64,000 nt of DNA from an uncultured delta proteobacterium (lineage in GTDB: Bacteria > Desulfobacterota > Binatia > UTPRO1), in the NCBI GenBank assembly GCA_963774015.1, contig CAVZDH010000005.1, forward strand, positions 275,133 through 339,132, read 5' to 3'. Numbering within the stretch: the stretch's first letter is position 1; the number at the start of each line of letters is the position of its first letter. Of this stretch, positions 1-10,563 are shown one piece after another. Position numbers and translations under genes: made by a program. The notes below the pieces were generated by a model. The model searched no databases. It had not been told where the DNA came from and saw nothing but the letters and a program-made list of their open reading frames with translations.

Positions 1-753
1 CAGGTCGCGCTCGTGGACACTCAGCCCGGTCGCACCAACAACTCCCTGCCGGTGGGCATGACGCCGACGGTCGTGATCGATCACCATCCCGCGTACGATC
101 GCTACGAGGGCGTGCCCTTCCTCGACTTGCGTGAGGCCTACGGCGCGACCTCCACCATCCTCACCGAGTACGTTCGCGAGTCGCGGCTCGAGATCGACAG
201 CAAGATCGCGACGGCGCTCTTCTACGGCATCATGGCCGAGACGCAGGATCTCGGGCGGGAATCCACGCCCGCCGACATCGCCGCGGCGCAATTCCTGTAT
301 CCCTACGCGAACAAGCGCCGGCTCGGCAAAATCGAGAATGCCCGCGTGCCGCGCGAGTACTTCACGGCGTTTCACGAGGCGATCGAGCGCGCGGAGATCT
401 TCGGCAACGTCGTCGTGTCGGTGCTGCCCGAGGTGCAGTACCCGGACATGGTCGCGGAGGTCGCCGACTTCTTGCTGCGCCTGGACGAGGTCGAGTGGGC
501 CTGTGCGATCGGCCGCTACAAGGACTTCCTCCACGTGTCGTTGCGCACCACCGATCGTGAGGTCAACGCCGGCGACGTCCTGCAACAGGTGCTCGGCAAT
601 CGCTGGGCCGGCGGGCACGACATGATCGCGGGTGGCCGCACCCGCATCACCGGGAGCGGGCCGGAGGCCGTCGCTCACGCCGCGGACGACGTTCGCGGTC
701 GGCTCCTCGCCACGCTCGGCGCCGACGTCACGTCGCACCGTCCTTTGGTGTAG
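1..753 (+). CDS. DHH/DHHA1-family phosphoesterase (NrnA / cyclic-dinucleotide PDE-like), 5' end outside window
   Basis: Frame open from base 1. Motifs ALVDT, VIDHH, GATSTIL, ATALFYGI and DHHA1 VSLRT...AGGHDMIAGG. Confidence 0.85.
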   Translation, partial: QVALVDTQPGRTNNSLPVGMTPTVVIDHHPAYDRYEGVPFLDLREAYGATSTILTEYVRESRLEIDSKIATALFYGIMAETQDLGRESTPADIAAAQFLYPYANKRRLGKIENARVPREYFTAFHEAIERAEIFGNVVVSVLPEVQYPDMVAEVADFLLRLDEVEWACAIGRYKDFLHVSLRTTDREVNAGDVLQQVLGNRWAGGHDMIAGGRTRITGSGPEAVAHAADDVRGRLLATLGADVTSHRPLV

Positions 754-759
754 CTCGCG

Positions 760-1890
<1,131 letters not shown>

Positions 1891-1948
1891 GGCCGCGAAG
1901 TCTAGCGCGGATCCCGTGACGCGTCCCGCGAGCGCACCGGCCGGAATT

Positions 1949-4900
1949 TCATTGCCCGACGCAGCCGAAGTACACCGTATCCCCGTCGTCGGCGCCGGGC
2001 CGCTGCTCGCGGGGGCCGCGATCGCGCGAGTCCGGAAGCGCTCGGTACGGCGGGTGAGACCGCGCCGCTCGACCGTGATCGTGACGGGAGCCGTGCAGTT
2101 GCTCGACGGCAGGAATGCGAGCGGTGGGGCGAACGTGAACGCGTTCTGGCTTGCGCCGCCGGGGGCCGTGCCGGTGAGGGTCGCTACGGCTCCGACGAGC
2201 GCCTGTGCGTTTGCCGCGTCGGTCGGGTCGGCGGCGCCGGGCTGGGGGCTCTGTAGGATGAATGATGCGAGAGCGGGTGCCGCCGGACATTGCGGCAACG
2301 TGGGATCGGTAGCGGTGAAGCAGAGGCCGACCCGGAGATGGCAGCGGTCGTCGTTCTGACCGTCGATGTCGCACGCGGGGTCGCCGTCGACACAATCGAA
2401 AGTCGTCGGCGACTTCGTGGTGCCGGCGCCGCCCACGACGGTCCACTCCGCGACGCAGTCGGTGCCCGCGATGCCGCCTCCGGGAAGGAGGAGGGTGGTC
2501 GGTGCGACCGTCGGCAGGGGTGTCGGGGTCGACGTACGCGTCGGTGTGGTCCCTCCGGGCGTTGCGGTCGGCGTCGGCGACGGGGAAGCGATGGGGCAGG
2601 TGAACGCGTCGCCGAGCGCCAGCCCGGCGCGCGCGAGCTCGGCGTCGACGAGCGGCAACGCGCGGCGCGTAATCGACGCGGCGGCGCACCCGTAGGCCGC
2701 GCCGATGCACGGCGCGAGCGTGTCGGGGCCGCTCGGCGGCGGCGTACCGAAGGCGACGCAGGCGTCGGCCGCATTCGCGAACCCGAGGCCGCTCGGGAGG
2801 AGCAGGGCATCGGCGGGAATGCCGCCGCAGCCGCCGACGATCGACGCGGTCAGCCGGGCGAGCACGCCGCCGGCGGGAGCGGTGAGACTCGCGAGCTTCT
2901 CGGCGCAGCGTGCCGCGACGGCGCTACACGCGTCTGCGTTCTGGCCCCTGAGCCGGCACGTCAAGAGCGTGTCGACACAACGCTGCGCGACCGTGAGTTG
3001 CTTGCCGAGGAGCTTCCGCCCCGCGCCGACGATGACGCGCTGGCACCGGACCGCGCTCCGCGACGGCACGAGCGTGCCGACCGACGACGCGTCGCCGGGC
3101 GGCAGGCAGAGCCCGGCACCGCCGGTGTCGAATACGGACGGGACGAGCGCGCCGAGCTGCGGCACGGCGATCGCGAGGGCCCGCTCCGCCGCGCAGGCGC
3201 CGTGCTCGAGGCACGTCCGGATGGCGCTCGCCGAGGTGAGATCGAGGCCCACCTCGGCGGCGCAGGTGTCGTCGAGCGTCGCAAAGCTCAGCACGGCGGT
3301 CGAGCGCAGGGCTTCGAGGGGCAGGACGGGTGGATCGCCGGCGCACGCCTTGGCGAAGGTCGCTTCGAATTTCGTGCGTGCGCGTGCGAGCTTGACGAAG
3401 CGACTGCCACAACGCCGGGCCGCGCGCAGCATGCAGGCCGATCCGTCGTCGCCTTCGCTCGCCGCGCGGCACCCGAGCACGTCGAGGCTGCACGTCTCGA
3501 GGAACCCGAGCTCAGCCGCCACGAGGCGGCTCATGCCCTTCGCGAGCGCGCGCTCGCAGCCGAGCACCGCGCGCGGGACGAGTGGCGGCAGGGGCGGCGT
3601 CGCTGTGATCGTGGGCGTCGGGCTCGCCGTCGGTGCGCTGGTCGGGCTGATCGTCGTCGTGACGGTGGCACCCGTCGCCTGCACTGCCGGCGACGGAGTC
3701 GGGGTCGCGCAGATGAAGGCGAGGCAGTCGTTCCGGCAACAGGCGCCGTCGGCCCCCGCGCCGGGATCGCAGGGCTCGCCGGGCTGGCGGATGCCGTCGC
3801 CGCAGACCGGGCAGGGCGGCAGCGGCGACTGTGCCGGCGCCGCGACCGTCGTCATGACGCGCGGGTTGAAGACCACACCCGCTCCGATCGAGGTCGACGC
3901 CGAGGGCGCGTGCGCGAGGAGTGTCCCGCTCGCCGCCTGGGCCAGGAACTTCGCGTTGCCGCCGATCGTGAGCGTGCTCGTGCCGGCGAGCGTGATGGTG
4001 GGATCGGCGATCGTCGTACCCGAACCGCGCGCGTCGACGACGACGCTCGGTTGCACCGCGAGCCGGCACGCGGCGAGGCGCGCATCACCGCCCTCGGCGC
4101 CGTTTCCGGCGCTCACGTCGACGTTCTTCGCGATGGTCAGCATCGCCGTGCCGGTCGCCATGCCGGCCTTGAGATCGACCGAGCCCCCGCTGCCGCTCGC
4201 GACGCGCCCGTTGGCCGCGATCGCGGCGTCGAGGCGGAAGTCGGCGCCGGTCGTGATTTCGACGCTGCCGCCGAACGCGTCGTCGCCGCCGGCGCTGACG
4301 TCGATGCCGCCCGCGAGCTCGAGCGTGCGACCGACGGTCGCGGCCATCTCGCCGCCGTCGCCGCTGGCCGCGCCGCGGAGCACGATGGGGCCGAGCAGCG
4401 ACGCGTCGCCGTCGAGCGGCGTGAGGACGCCCGTCGGCGGCGCCTCGGTCAGCACCGACAGCAGGCCGCCCGCCCCATCGGGGCCGGCGCCGCTCGCGTG
4501 GATCGTCGCCGTGGCGTTCACGACCAGCGGTCCCGCGGCCTCGAGCGTGACGTCCCCGCCGCCGTTTCCGCTCTCGCCGTCGCTGTCGGTGCTGCCGTCG
4601 AGGATCAGGTCGGCGGCGACGGTGAGCATGCCGCCGAGCGCCGCCGCCGCCAAGGTGCGATCGCCGGCGCGGAGCAGAATGCTCCCGCCGTCGCCGTCGC
4701 TCAGGCTGCGCACGTCGATCACCCGCTGTACCTGGAGATCGCCGCCGGCGGCGAGCGATACGATCCCGCCGTCACTGCCGCCGCCGATCGCCTTCACCGC
4801 TCCGGCCTGCGTGAGGGTGGTGGCGGCGCGGAGGTCGATCGTCCCGCCGAACGTCGTGCTCGAGCTCGCGAGCAGCTGCGCGCCGGTCTCGAGCGAGATT

Positions 4901-5400
4901 CCGCACGCGGAGAGCAGCCGGATGAGCCCGGGCACCCCGGCCGCGGAGGCGTCGATCGAGCTGCGGACGACGAGATCGCCGCCGCCGTCCGTGCAGTCGG
5001 TTCCTGCCGTCGTCAACTCCACGCTCGTGGCGCCGTTCGCGGCGATCGCGGCGTTCACCGTGATCGAGCGCGCCTTCACGACGAGCTTGCCGGTGCCGAT
5101 CGTGAGCGTGCCGTCGAACGACACCGGTCGATCGCCGAAGTCGAGCGCGCAGCCGTCGAGGCTCGCCGGACAGGTCGCGGGGCTTTCGACGGTTCGCGCG
5201 GTGACCGAGCACGACGTCGAGCCGAGCGGGCATACGAGATTGGCATTCATCTGCGCGGCGGTCGTCGATCCGGCCCCGATCTGATTGCAGCAAATGAGGG
5301 CCGCCGTCTCCGCGCGTCCGTCGATCGGCGCTGCGAGCACGGCGACGAGCGCGAGCACGATGCGCACGTGACGAAAGCAGCCGATCGGCACGGCCCGCAC
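1949..5400 (-). CDS. Large secreted Cys-rich surface protein (Gly-rich beta-helix-like region, Myxococcus-type Cys repeat, P/T linkers, duplicated Cys-rich helical domain); one frameshift near the 3' end
   Basis: Signal-peptide-like start (GTG 5400 or 5367), GGxGGxI/VxLxA repeats, CGDG..QPGEPCD..ADGACC and a C-terminal PGGG..DC.AEW..C.DGDP.CD.DG domain. A -1 shift at ~1990-2015 gives ...ADDGDTVYFGCVGQ* (stop 1949), matching the paralog end EDDDTLLLNCLD. Confidence 0.75.
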
Positions 5401-5438
5401 TTATGGCAGGACCGTCGCCGCGCGCAAATGCGCACCTC

Positions 5439-5462
5439 GCATGCGAGATGTCGCGCACGGCG
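5439..5462 (-). promoter_or_regulatory. Candidate operator (TGCG-N8-CGCA dyad) upstream of secreted paralog 1
   Basis: 19/24 identical to 9329-9352, which lies upstream of paralog 2. Confidence 0.5.
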
Positions 5463-5482
5463 GAGTGCGCGGCGGCGGTGCG

Positions 5483-8400
5483 CTACGGTGTCGGGGTGAC
5501 GTCCGGCGTGGGGGTCGCGATCGGCGTGTCGGTCGCGAGCGGCGTGGCGGTGGCCGTCGCCGTCGGCTCGGGCGCATCGAGACAGTTGAGCAGCAGCGTG
5601 TCGTCGTCCTCGATGCTCTTGGTGCCGCCGACCGGCGGCACGGAGAACACTTGGGTGCGGAACTTCTCGCTGCGCAGCGCCAGCCCACGGCGCTCCACCA
5701 CGATGTCGACCGGCTCGGTGCAGTTGTCGGGCGCCGTGACGACGAGCGGCGGGTCGAAGACGAGCGTGTTCTTGGCGCTGCCCGTCACGGTGACGGTGCG
5801 CAGGCGGCCGAAGGCGTCGATGAGCGCAATGGCGTTGGCCTTGTCGCCGGGCTCGCTGGAGTTCGGTCGTGGGCTCACCAGGATGTACTTGGTGACGCCG
5901 GGCGGCGCGGTGCAGGCGGGCAGGTTCGGGTCCGCGTTCTGCAGGCAGAGGGCGACGCGGAACGTGCACTTGTCGTCGAAGGTGCCGTCGAAATCGCACG
6001 TCGGGTCGCCGTCGACGCAGTACTGCTTGAAGCTCGGCAGGCCGTCGGTGCCGAGCGCGGGCGTGTTGAACGGATCGATGACCGCCCACTCGGCGATGCA
6101 GTCGGCGACCTGCGAGCCGCCGCCCGGGATCAACTGCTCGAAGCGGCAGAGCGGGTCGCAGCCGTCGCCCGGCACGTCGTCGCCGAAGTCACACTGCTCG
6201 CCGAGCTCGACGACGCCGTTCGGACAGCCGGCGCCGGGCGTCTCGGTCGGTACCGGCGTCGGCGGTCCGTTGGGCGTGTCGGTCGGCTGGGGCGTCGCCG
6301 TCGTCCCGGTCGTCGTCGGCAGCGGGGTCGCCGTCGGGCCGGACGCGTCGGTGGCGGTCGGCAGGGGCGTCGGGGTGATGGTCGGGGTCGGGGTCGTCGT
6401 CGGCGTCCCCGTCGCGGTCGACGTCGGGAGGGGCGTGGCGGTCGCGGTCGGCGTCGGCACGGCGCAGAAGGCGTCGTTGCCGAGGGCGAGCCCGACCCGG
6501 GCGAGCTCGGTATCGACGAGCGGCAGGGCCTGCCGCACGATCGCGCTCCCGGCGCATCCGTACGCGCGGGTCACGCACGCGGCCATCGAGGCGGCATCGT
6601 CGGCCGGCGCGAGCCCGAGTGCGCTGCAGCTCTCGTCGGTCGCGGCAAAGCCGATGCCGCCTGCGTCGCGCAGCACGTCCGGGGGCAGCGCACCGCATGC
6701 TCCCTGGATCGTCGACAGCATCTTGGCGCGGGCGCCGGTCGTCGGATCGTCGAGGGTGGCGAGCCTCCGCCCGCAGCTCGCTCCGATCTTGGCGCACGCC
6801 TCGCGCGGTTTCCCGCTCAGACGACACTTGAGGAGCGAGTCGACGCAACCGCGTGCCACGGACAGCTGACGCGACAGGAGCTTCCGCCCGCTGCTCGCGA
6901 CGGTGCGCTGGCAGCGTACCGTCTGCGATGCGACCGCCGTGCCGGCGAGGCCATCGGTGACACCGAGGGGTTCCGGCAGACAGGCCGCCGTGGTGCCCGC
7001 ATTCACGGAGAGCAGCCCGAGCAAGTCGCCGATCCGGGGCACCCCGACGCCGAGGGCGCGCTGCGCCTCGCACGGGCTCAGGATCTGGAGACATCCGAGA
7101 ATCGCATCGGCCGAGGTGAGATCGAGGCCGAAGCACTGCGGTTGTAGCAGTGCGAAGCCGAGAACGTCGGTGCTCCGCAAGACGTCGATCGGCACGCTCG
7201 GCGGCTCGCCGCCGCACGCCGCCGCGAATTGGGAACGGAAGCGCGCATGGGTCGCCGCGAGCCGCGCGAGCTTCGAATCGCAGCGCCGGCCTGCGCTCGT
7301 GAGGCAGGCGTTGCGGTCGCTGCCGGCTGCCTTGGTATGGATACACTTGAACGCGTCGAGCGCGCAGTTTTCGAAGGCCTTGAGGCTCGCGAGGACGAGC
7401 GTGCCGCTGGACTTTCCTAGCGTCTTCTCGCAGTCGAGGACGGCCCGCGGCACGATCAGGGGTGCCGCGGTCGCGGTGGGAAGCGGTGTCGGGGTTTCCG
7501 TTGCCGTGCGCGTCGGTGTCGGCGTCCGCGTGCGCGTCGGTGTCGCCGTGCGGGTCGGGATGGTCGACGTCGGCGTGAGGGTCGGTGTCGGCGTCACCGT
7601 CGGACACGTGAACGCGCTGCAATCGGCGTTGCAGCACGCGCCGTCGGCGGCCGCGCCGTTGTCGCACGGCTCACCGCTCTGGCGGATACCGTCGCCGCAG
7701 ACGGCGCAGGCGGGGAAGAGCGCGGGATCGACGACGTCGGTGAACGGCGGGTCGAACGTCACGGACGTGCCGATCTGGGGCGTGGTGCCGGCGGCGTGCA
7801 CCAGGTTGATGCGACCCGGGGGGGAAGCGACATACGTGCCGTTGCTGCCGACCGCCAGCGCGGCCGAGGAGATCAGATCGATCCTGGGATTCGCGTTCGG
7901 AATCGAGGCCGCGGCATCGACCGTCAGGCCGGGGGCCAGGGAGAGGCCGCAGCCCGCCAGGGTGACGTCGCCGCCGATCGCGTTCGTGCTGGCCGACACG
8001 TCGAGGGTACGGGACACCGAGAGCGTCCCGAAGGTCCCGAGACCGCTCCGCATCGAAATCGAGCCGCCGCTCGCGAAGCTCGCCGTCCCGTCCGCGCTCA
8101 CGGTCGCCCCGAACGACACCGTCCGGCCGCCGTACACGTTCAAAGTCCCGCCGCTGTCGCTGCCGCTCAGATCCATCGAGCCCGTGATCGTGCCGTCGCG
8201 TCCGACGAAGATGTCGATGTCGCCGCCGGAGCCGGTGTCGTCATTGACGTTGGTCTGGGCGCCGTGGACGTCGATCGTGCTGCTGAGGGTGAGGTCGCCG
8301 TCGAGCGCCGTCACGCGAGAGATCACGTTGTCGCTGCTGTCGACGACGATGCCGCCGCCTCCGCCGCCGGGCGACGCGCCGACCGCGCGCAGGGCGCCCG

Positions 8401-9310
8401 AGATGATCGCCGGGCCGAACGCCTGGAGCGTGATGCCGCCGCCGTCCCACCCGCCGTCGACGTCGGCGCTGCCGTTCGATTTGATGTCGCCGATGACGGT
8501 AAGCATGCCGCCGACCTTCACGCCGCCGAAACGGTCGACGCCAGCCCGGATGGTGACGTCGCCGCCGCCCCCGCCCGCGCCGCTGGCGCTGCTGACGTCG
8601 AGAGTGCGCTCGATGCGGACGTCGTCGCCGCTCGCGATGTCGATGTCGCCGCCGTCGCTCGAGCCGCCGGTTGCGTCGACGGGCTGGGTGAAGAGCGTGT
8701 CCGTGCCGGCTTGGGTCGTGAGGCTGCCGCCGCCGCCGCCGACGCCGCCGCTCAGGTCGATCGTGCCACTGTAGGTGATGGTCGTTCCGGCCGTGAGGGT
8801 CACGGTGCCGCCGCTCGCCTCATTGATCGCGCCGCTCTGGATGCCGCGCGAGCGCACCGTGCTGCCGGTGACGAGATCGATCGAGGTGCCGGCGCGCAGG
8901 CGGATGAGCCCGCCGCTGTTTCCGGAGGTGTCGAGGGTTCCGTCGATGAGGATGCTGTCGAGCGCGATCAGGTCGATCGTGCCGCCACCTTGGTTGTTGT
9001 CGGCGCGGGCCTTGATCGCGCCGTCGACCTCGATCTGCCCGGCCGTCACGACGAGCGAGGAGGCTCTCGCCGTCGGATTGGACACGTCGAAGGTGCCGGT
9101 GAAAACGACTCTGCGGGTGCCGAAGTCGAGATTGCAGCCGGCCGGGGCGCTTCCGCCCGAGATGGTACAGGTCGCTGCCAGTGGCGAGCACCCGAAGAGG
9201 ATCGGGTTGGCGGTGGCGTCGTCGCCGCACACCGTCGCTTCGGCTCGAGAGCCTGCTGTGAGAACGCATGCGAGGAGAGACACGACCAGCAGGCGAATCC
9301 ACGGCACCAT
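5483..9310 (-). CDS. Large secreted Cys-rich surface protein, paralog of 1949-5400
   Basis: 1275 aa with signal peptide MVPWIRLLVVSLLACVLTAGSRAEA and the same domain order. Two Myxococcus-type repeats (CGDGIRQSGEPCD; CPNGVVELGEQCDFGDDVPGDGCDPLCRFE) and long (TP)n linkers. Confidence 0.85.
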   Translation of the reverse strand: MVPWIRLLVVSLLACVLTAGSRAEATVCGDDATANPILFGCSPLAATCTISGGSAPAGCNLDFGTRRVVFTGTFDVSNPTARASSLVVTAGQIEVDGAIKARADNNQGGGTIDLIALDSILIDGTLDTSGNSGGLIRLRAGTSIDLVTGSTVRSRGIQSGAINEASGGTVTLTAGTTITYSGTIDLSGGVGGGGGSLTTQAGTDTLFTQPVDATGGSSDGGDIDIASGDDVRIERTLDVSSASGAGGGGGDVTIRAGVDRFGGVKVGGMLTVIGDIKSNGSADVDGGWDGGGITLQAFGPAIISGALRAVGASPGGGGGGIVVDSSDNVISRVTALDGDLTLSSTIDVHGAQTNVNDDTGSGGDIDIFVGRDGTITGSMDLSGSDSGGTLNVYGGRTVSFGATVSADGTASFASGGSISMRSGLGTFGTLSVSRTLDVSASTNAIGGDVTLAGCGLSLAPGLTVDAAASIPNANPRIDLISSAALAVGSNGTYVASPPGRINLVHAAGTTPQIGTSVTFDPPFTDVVDPALFPACAVCGDGIRQSGEPCDNGAAADGACCNADCSAFTCPTVTPTPTLTPTSTIPTRTATPTRTRTPTPTRTATETPTPLPTATAAPLIVPRAVLDCEKTLGKSSGTLVLASLKAFENCALDAFKCIHTKAAGSDRNACLTSAGRRCDSKLARLAATHARFRSQFAAACGGEPPSVPIDVLRSTDVLGFALLQPQCFGLDLTSADAILGCLQILSPCEAQRALGVGVPRIGDLLGLLSVNAGTTAACLPEPLGVTDGLAGTAVASQTVRCQRTVASSGRKLLSRQLSVARGCVDSLLKCRLSGKPREACAKIGASCGRRLATLDDPTTGARAKMLSTIQGACGALPPDVLRDAGGIGFAATDESCSALGLAPADDAASMAACVTRAYGCAGSAIVRQALPLVDTELARVGLALGNDAFCAVPTPTATATPLPTSTATGTPTTTPTPTITPTPLPTATDASGPTATPLPTTTGTTATPQPTDTPNGPPTPVPTETPGAGCPNGVVELGEQCDFGDDVPGDGCDPLCRFEQLIPGGGSQVADCIAEWAVIDPFNTPALGTDGLPSFKQYCVDGDPTCDFDGTFDDKCTFRVALCLQNADPNLPACTAPPGVTKYILVSPRPNSSEPGDKANAIALIDAFGRLRTVTVTGSAKNTLVFDPPLVVTAPDNCTEPVDIVVERRGLALRSEKFRTQVFSVPPVGGTKSIEDDDTLLLNCLDAPEPTATATATPLATDTPIATPTPDVTPTP

Positions 9311-9328
9311 GAATTGACAGGATAAGGG

Positions 9329-9352
9329 GCATGCGACTTGTGGCGCAAGGTG
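9329..9352 (-). promoter_or_regulatory. Candidate operator (TGCG-N8-CGCA dyad) upstream of secreted paralog 2
   Basis: Near-copy of 5439-5462. Confidence 0.5.
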
Positions 9353-9464
9353 CTTTTTGGACAGGCAAAGTCGGACGGATGGACCATCGAGCGGGTGCCC
9401 ATGGGCCCGCTACGGCGCCTGCGACGGTCCGGGGAGAAGCGAGCGCTCGCGCTCGCCGGCCGGA

Positions 9465-10145
9465 TCAGCCGAGGTGGGCGCCGACCACGCGCGGACGCGC
9501 GGCGTGGGCGTCGCTCGCCCGCGCCGGTACCCCCACGTAGGTGCGGCCGGGGTCGAGCGAGGCGATCGCGACGCCGCCCGCGCCGAGCACCGCGCCCGCG
9601 CCGACCGTGAGTCCCGGGAGCACGACCGAGGACGTGCCGAGCTCGGCGCCCGCGCCGATCGTCACGTTGCCGGCGACGTGTGCATTGGGATGCAAGGTCG
9701 CATGCGCCGCGACCACGCCGTCGTGAGCGACCTGGGCGTGCATGTTCACGGTGACGAAGGCCCCGAGGCGGACGTTCACGGTGACGATGGCGCCGGCCGC
9801 AACGTAGCTCCCCGCGCCGATCTCGACGTTCGGCCCGATGACGGCGCCGGGATGGACGACCGTCGCCCACGCGAGGCCGAGCGGCTCGAGGCGTTCGGTG
9901 AGGCGCATCTTCAGCCGCGGCAGACCGACGCCGAGGACGAGGAGCGCGCCGCGGCGATCGGCGTGGTCCGCGATCGCCGCGAGCGGACCGACGATGCCAC
10001 CGAGACCGGACGCGACCGGGCCGATCGGCAGCGCATCGTCGAAGAACGCGAGCTCGTAGGTCGCGCCGCGACCGCGCTCGTGCTCGGCGAGCGCCCACGC
10101 CACCTCCTGCGCATGCCCTCCCGCCCCCACCACTAGGTACCGCAC
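9465..10145 (-). CDS. NeuD/PglD-family sugar acetyltransferase (hexapeptide repeat)
   Basis: N-terminal VVGAGGHAQEV, FFDD, TVVHP, VAHD, hexapeptide repeats and YVGVPAR. Confidence 0.88.
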   Translation of the reverse strand: MRYLVVGAGGHAQEVAWALAEHERGRGATYELAFFDDALPIGPVASGLGGIVGPLAAIADHADRRGALLVLGVGLPRLKMRLTERLEPLGLAWATVVHPGAVIGPNVEIGAGSYVAAGAIVTVNVRLGAFVTVNMHAQVAHDGVVAAHATLHPNAHVAGNVTIGAGAELGTSSVVLPGLTVGAGAVLGAGGVAIASLDPGRTYVGVPARASDAHAARPRVVGAHLG

Positions 10146-10180
10146 CCGCCAAGTCTGCCGGGCGCGACCCGGGTGCGGCT

Positions 10181-10250
10181 AGCCTCGATGTGACAGAGGT
10201 TTCGCGAGCGCGAGCGGTTTTCACCGTGAAATTTCCGTCACATCGAGGCT
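10181..10250. repeat. 26-bp-arm inverted repeat in the acetyltransferase/fliC divergent region
   Basis: AGCCTCGATGTGACAGAGGTTTCGCG (10181-10206) versus CGTGAAATTTCCGTCACATCGAGGCT (10225-10250): 22/26 Watson-Crick pairs, 25/26 with G.U. Confidence 0.8.
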
Positions 10251-10413
10251 CGATCACGAACGCAGGACGTGGCGCTCCCCGGCCGTGCCGTGTCGGTTTC
10301 CTGACGCGCGTGAAACGTCGCGACGACGCGTGCCTGTGGGCCGCACGGAGCGGCACCCGCCGTGCGAGCTGCGACGGCGGGTCGCGCGGGCCGCCGCAAA
10401 GCGTCGCGCCGAC

Positions 10414-10441
10414 TCAAGTTTCCACGAGGCGCCGACGATAA
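10414..10441 (+). promoter_or_regulatory. sigma28 (FliA)-type promoter of fliC
   Basis: TCAAGTTT...GACGATAA (TCAAG-N15-GACGATA), close to the TAAA-N15-GCCGATAA consensus. Same layout upstream of flgM. Confidence 0.78.
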
Positions 10442-10519
10442 CGCTCGCGAGTGGGAACGAACCAGTCAGCCGGGCGGGAGGGTCCCACCGGCGGTCGTTC
10501 TCGAAGCATACAACCGAGG

Positions 10520-10560
10520 CCTCAGACACGGATGTCGAGGACCATTAACCACGGAGGAAG
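10520..10560 (+). promoter_or_regulatory. CsrA-type binding sites in the fliC leader
   Basis: Hairpin CCTC-A-GACA-CGGA-TGTC-GAGG with GGA in the loop. A second ACGGAG overlaps the SD. csrA and fliW are encoded in the window. Confidence 0.7.
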
Positions 10561-10563
10561 ATC

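Noticed and set aside
10360-10510. c-di-GMP-I riboswitch upstream of fliC (CGCAAAGC seen)
   Set aside because: Lacks the GGCAAAC-GNRA P2 arm, and the motif lies upstream of the predicted sigma28 start.
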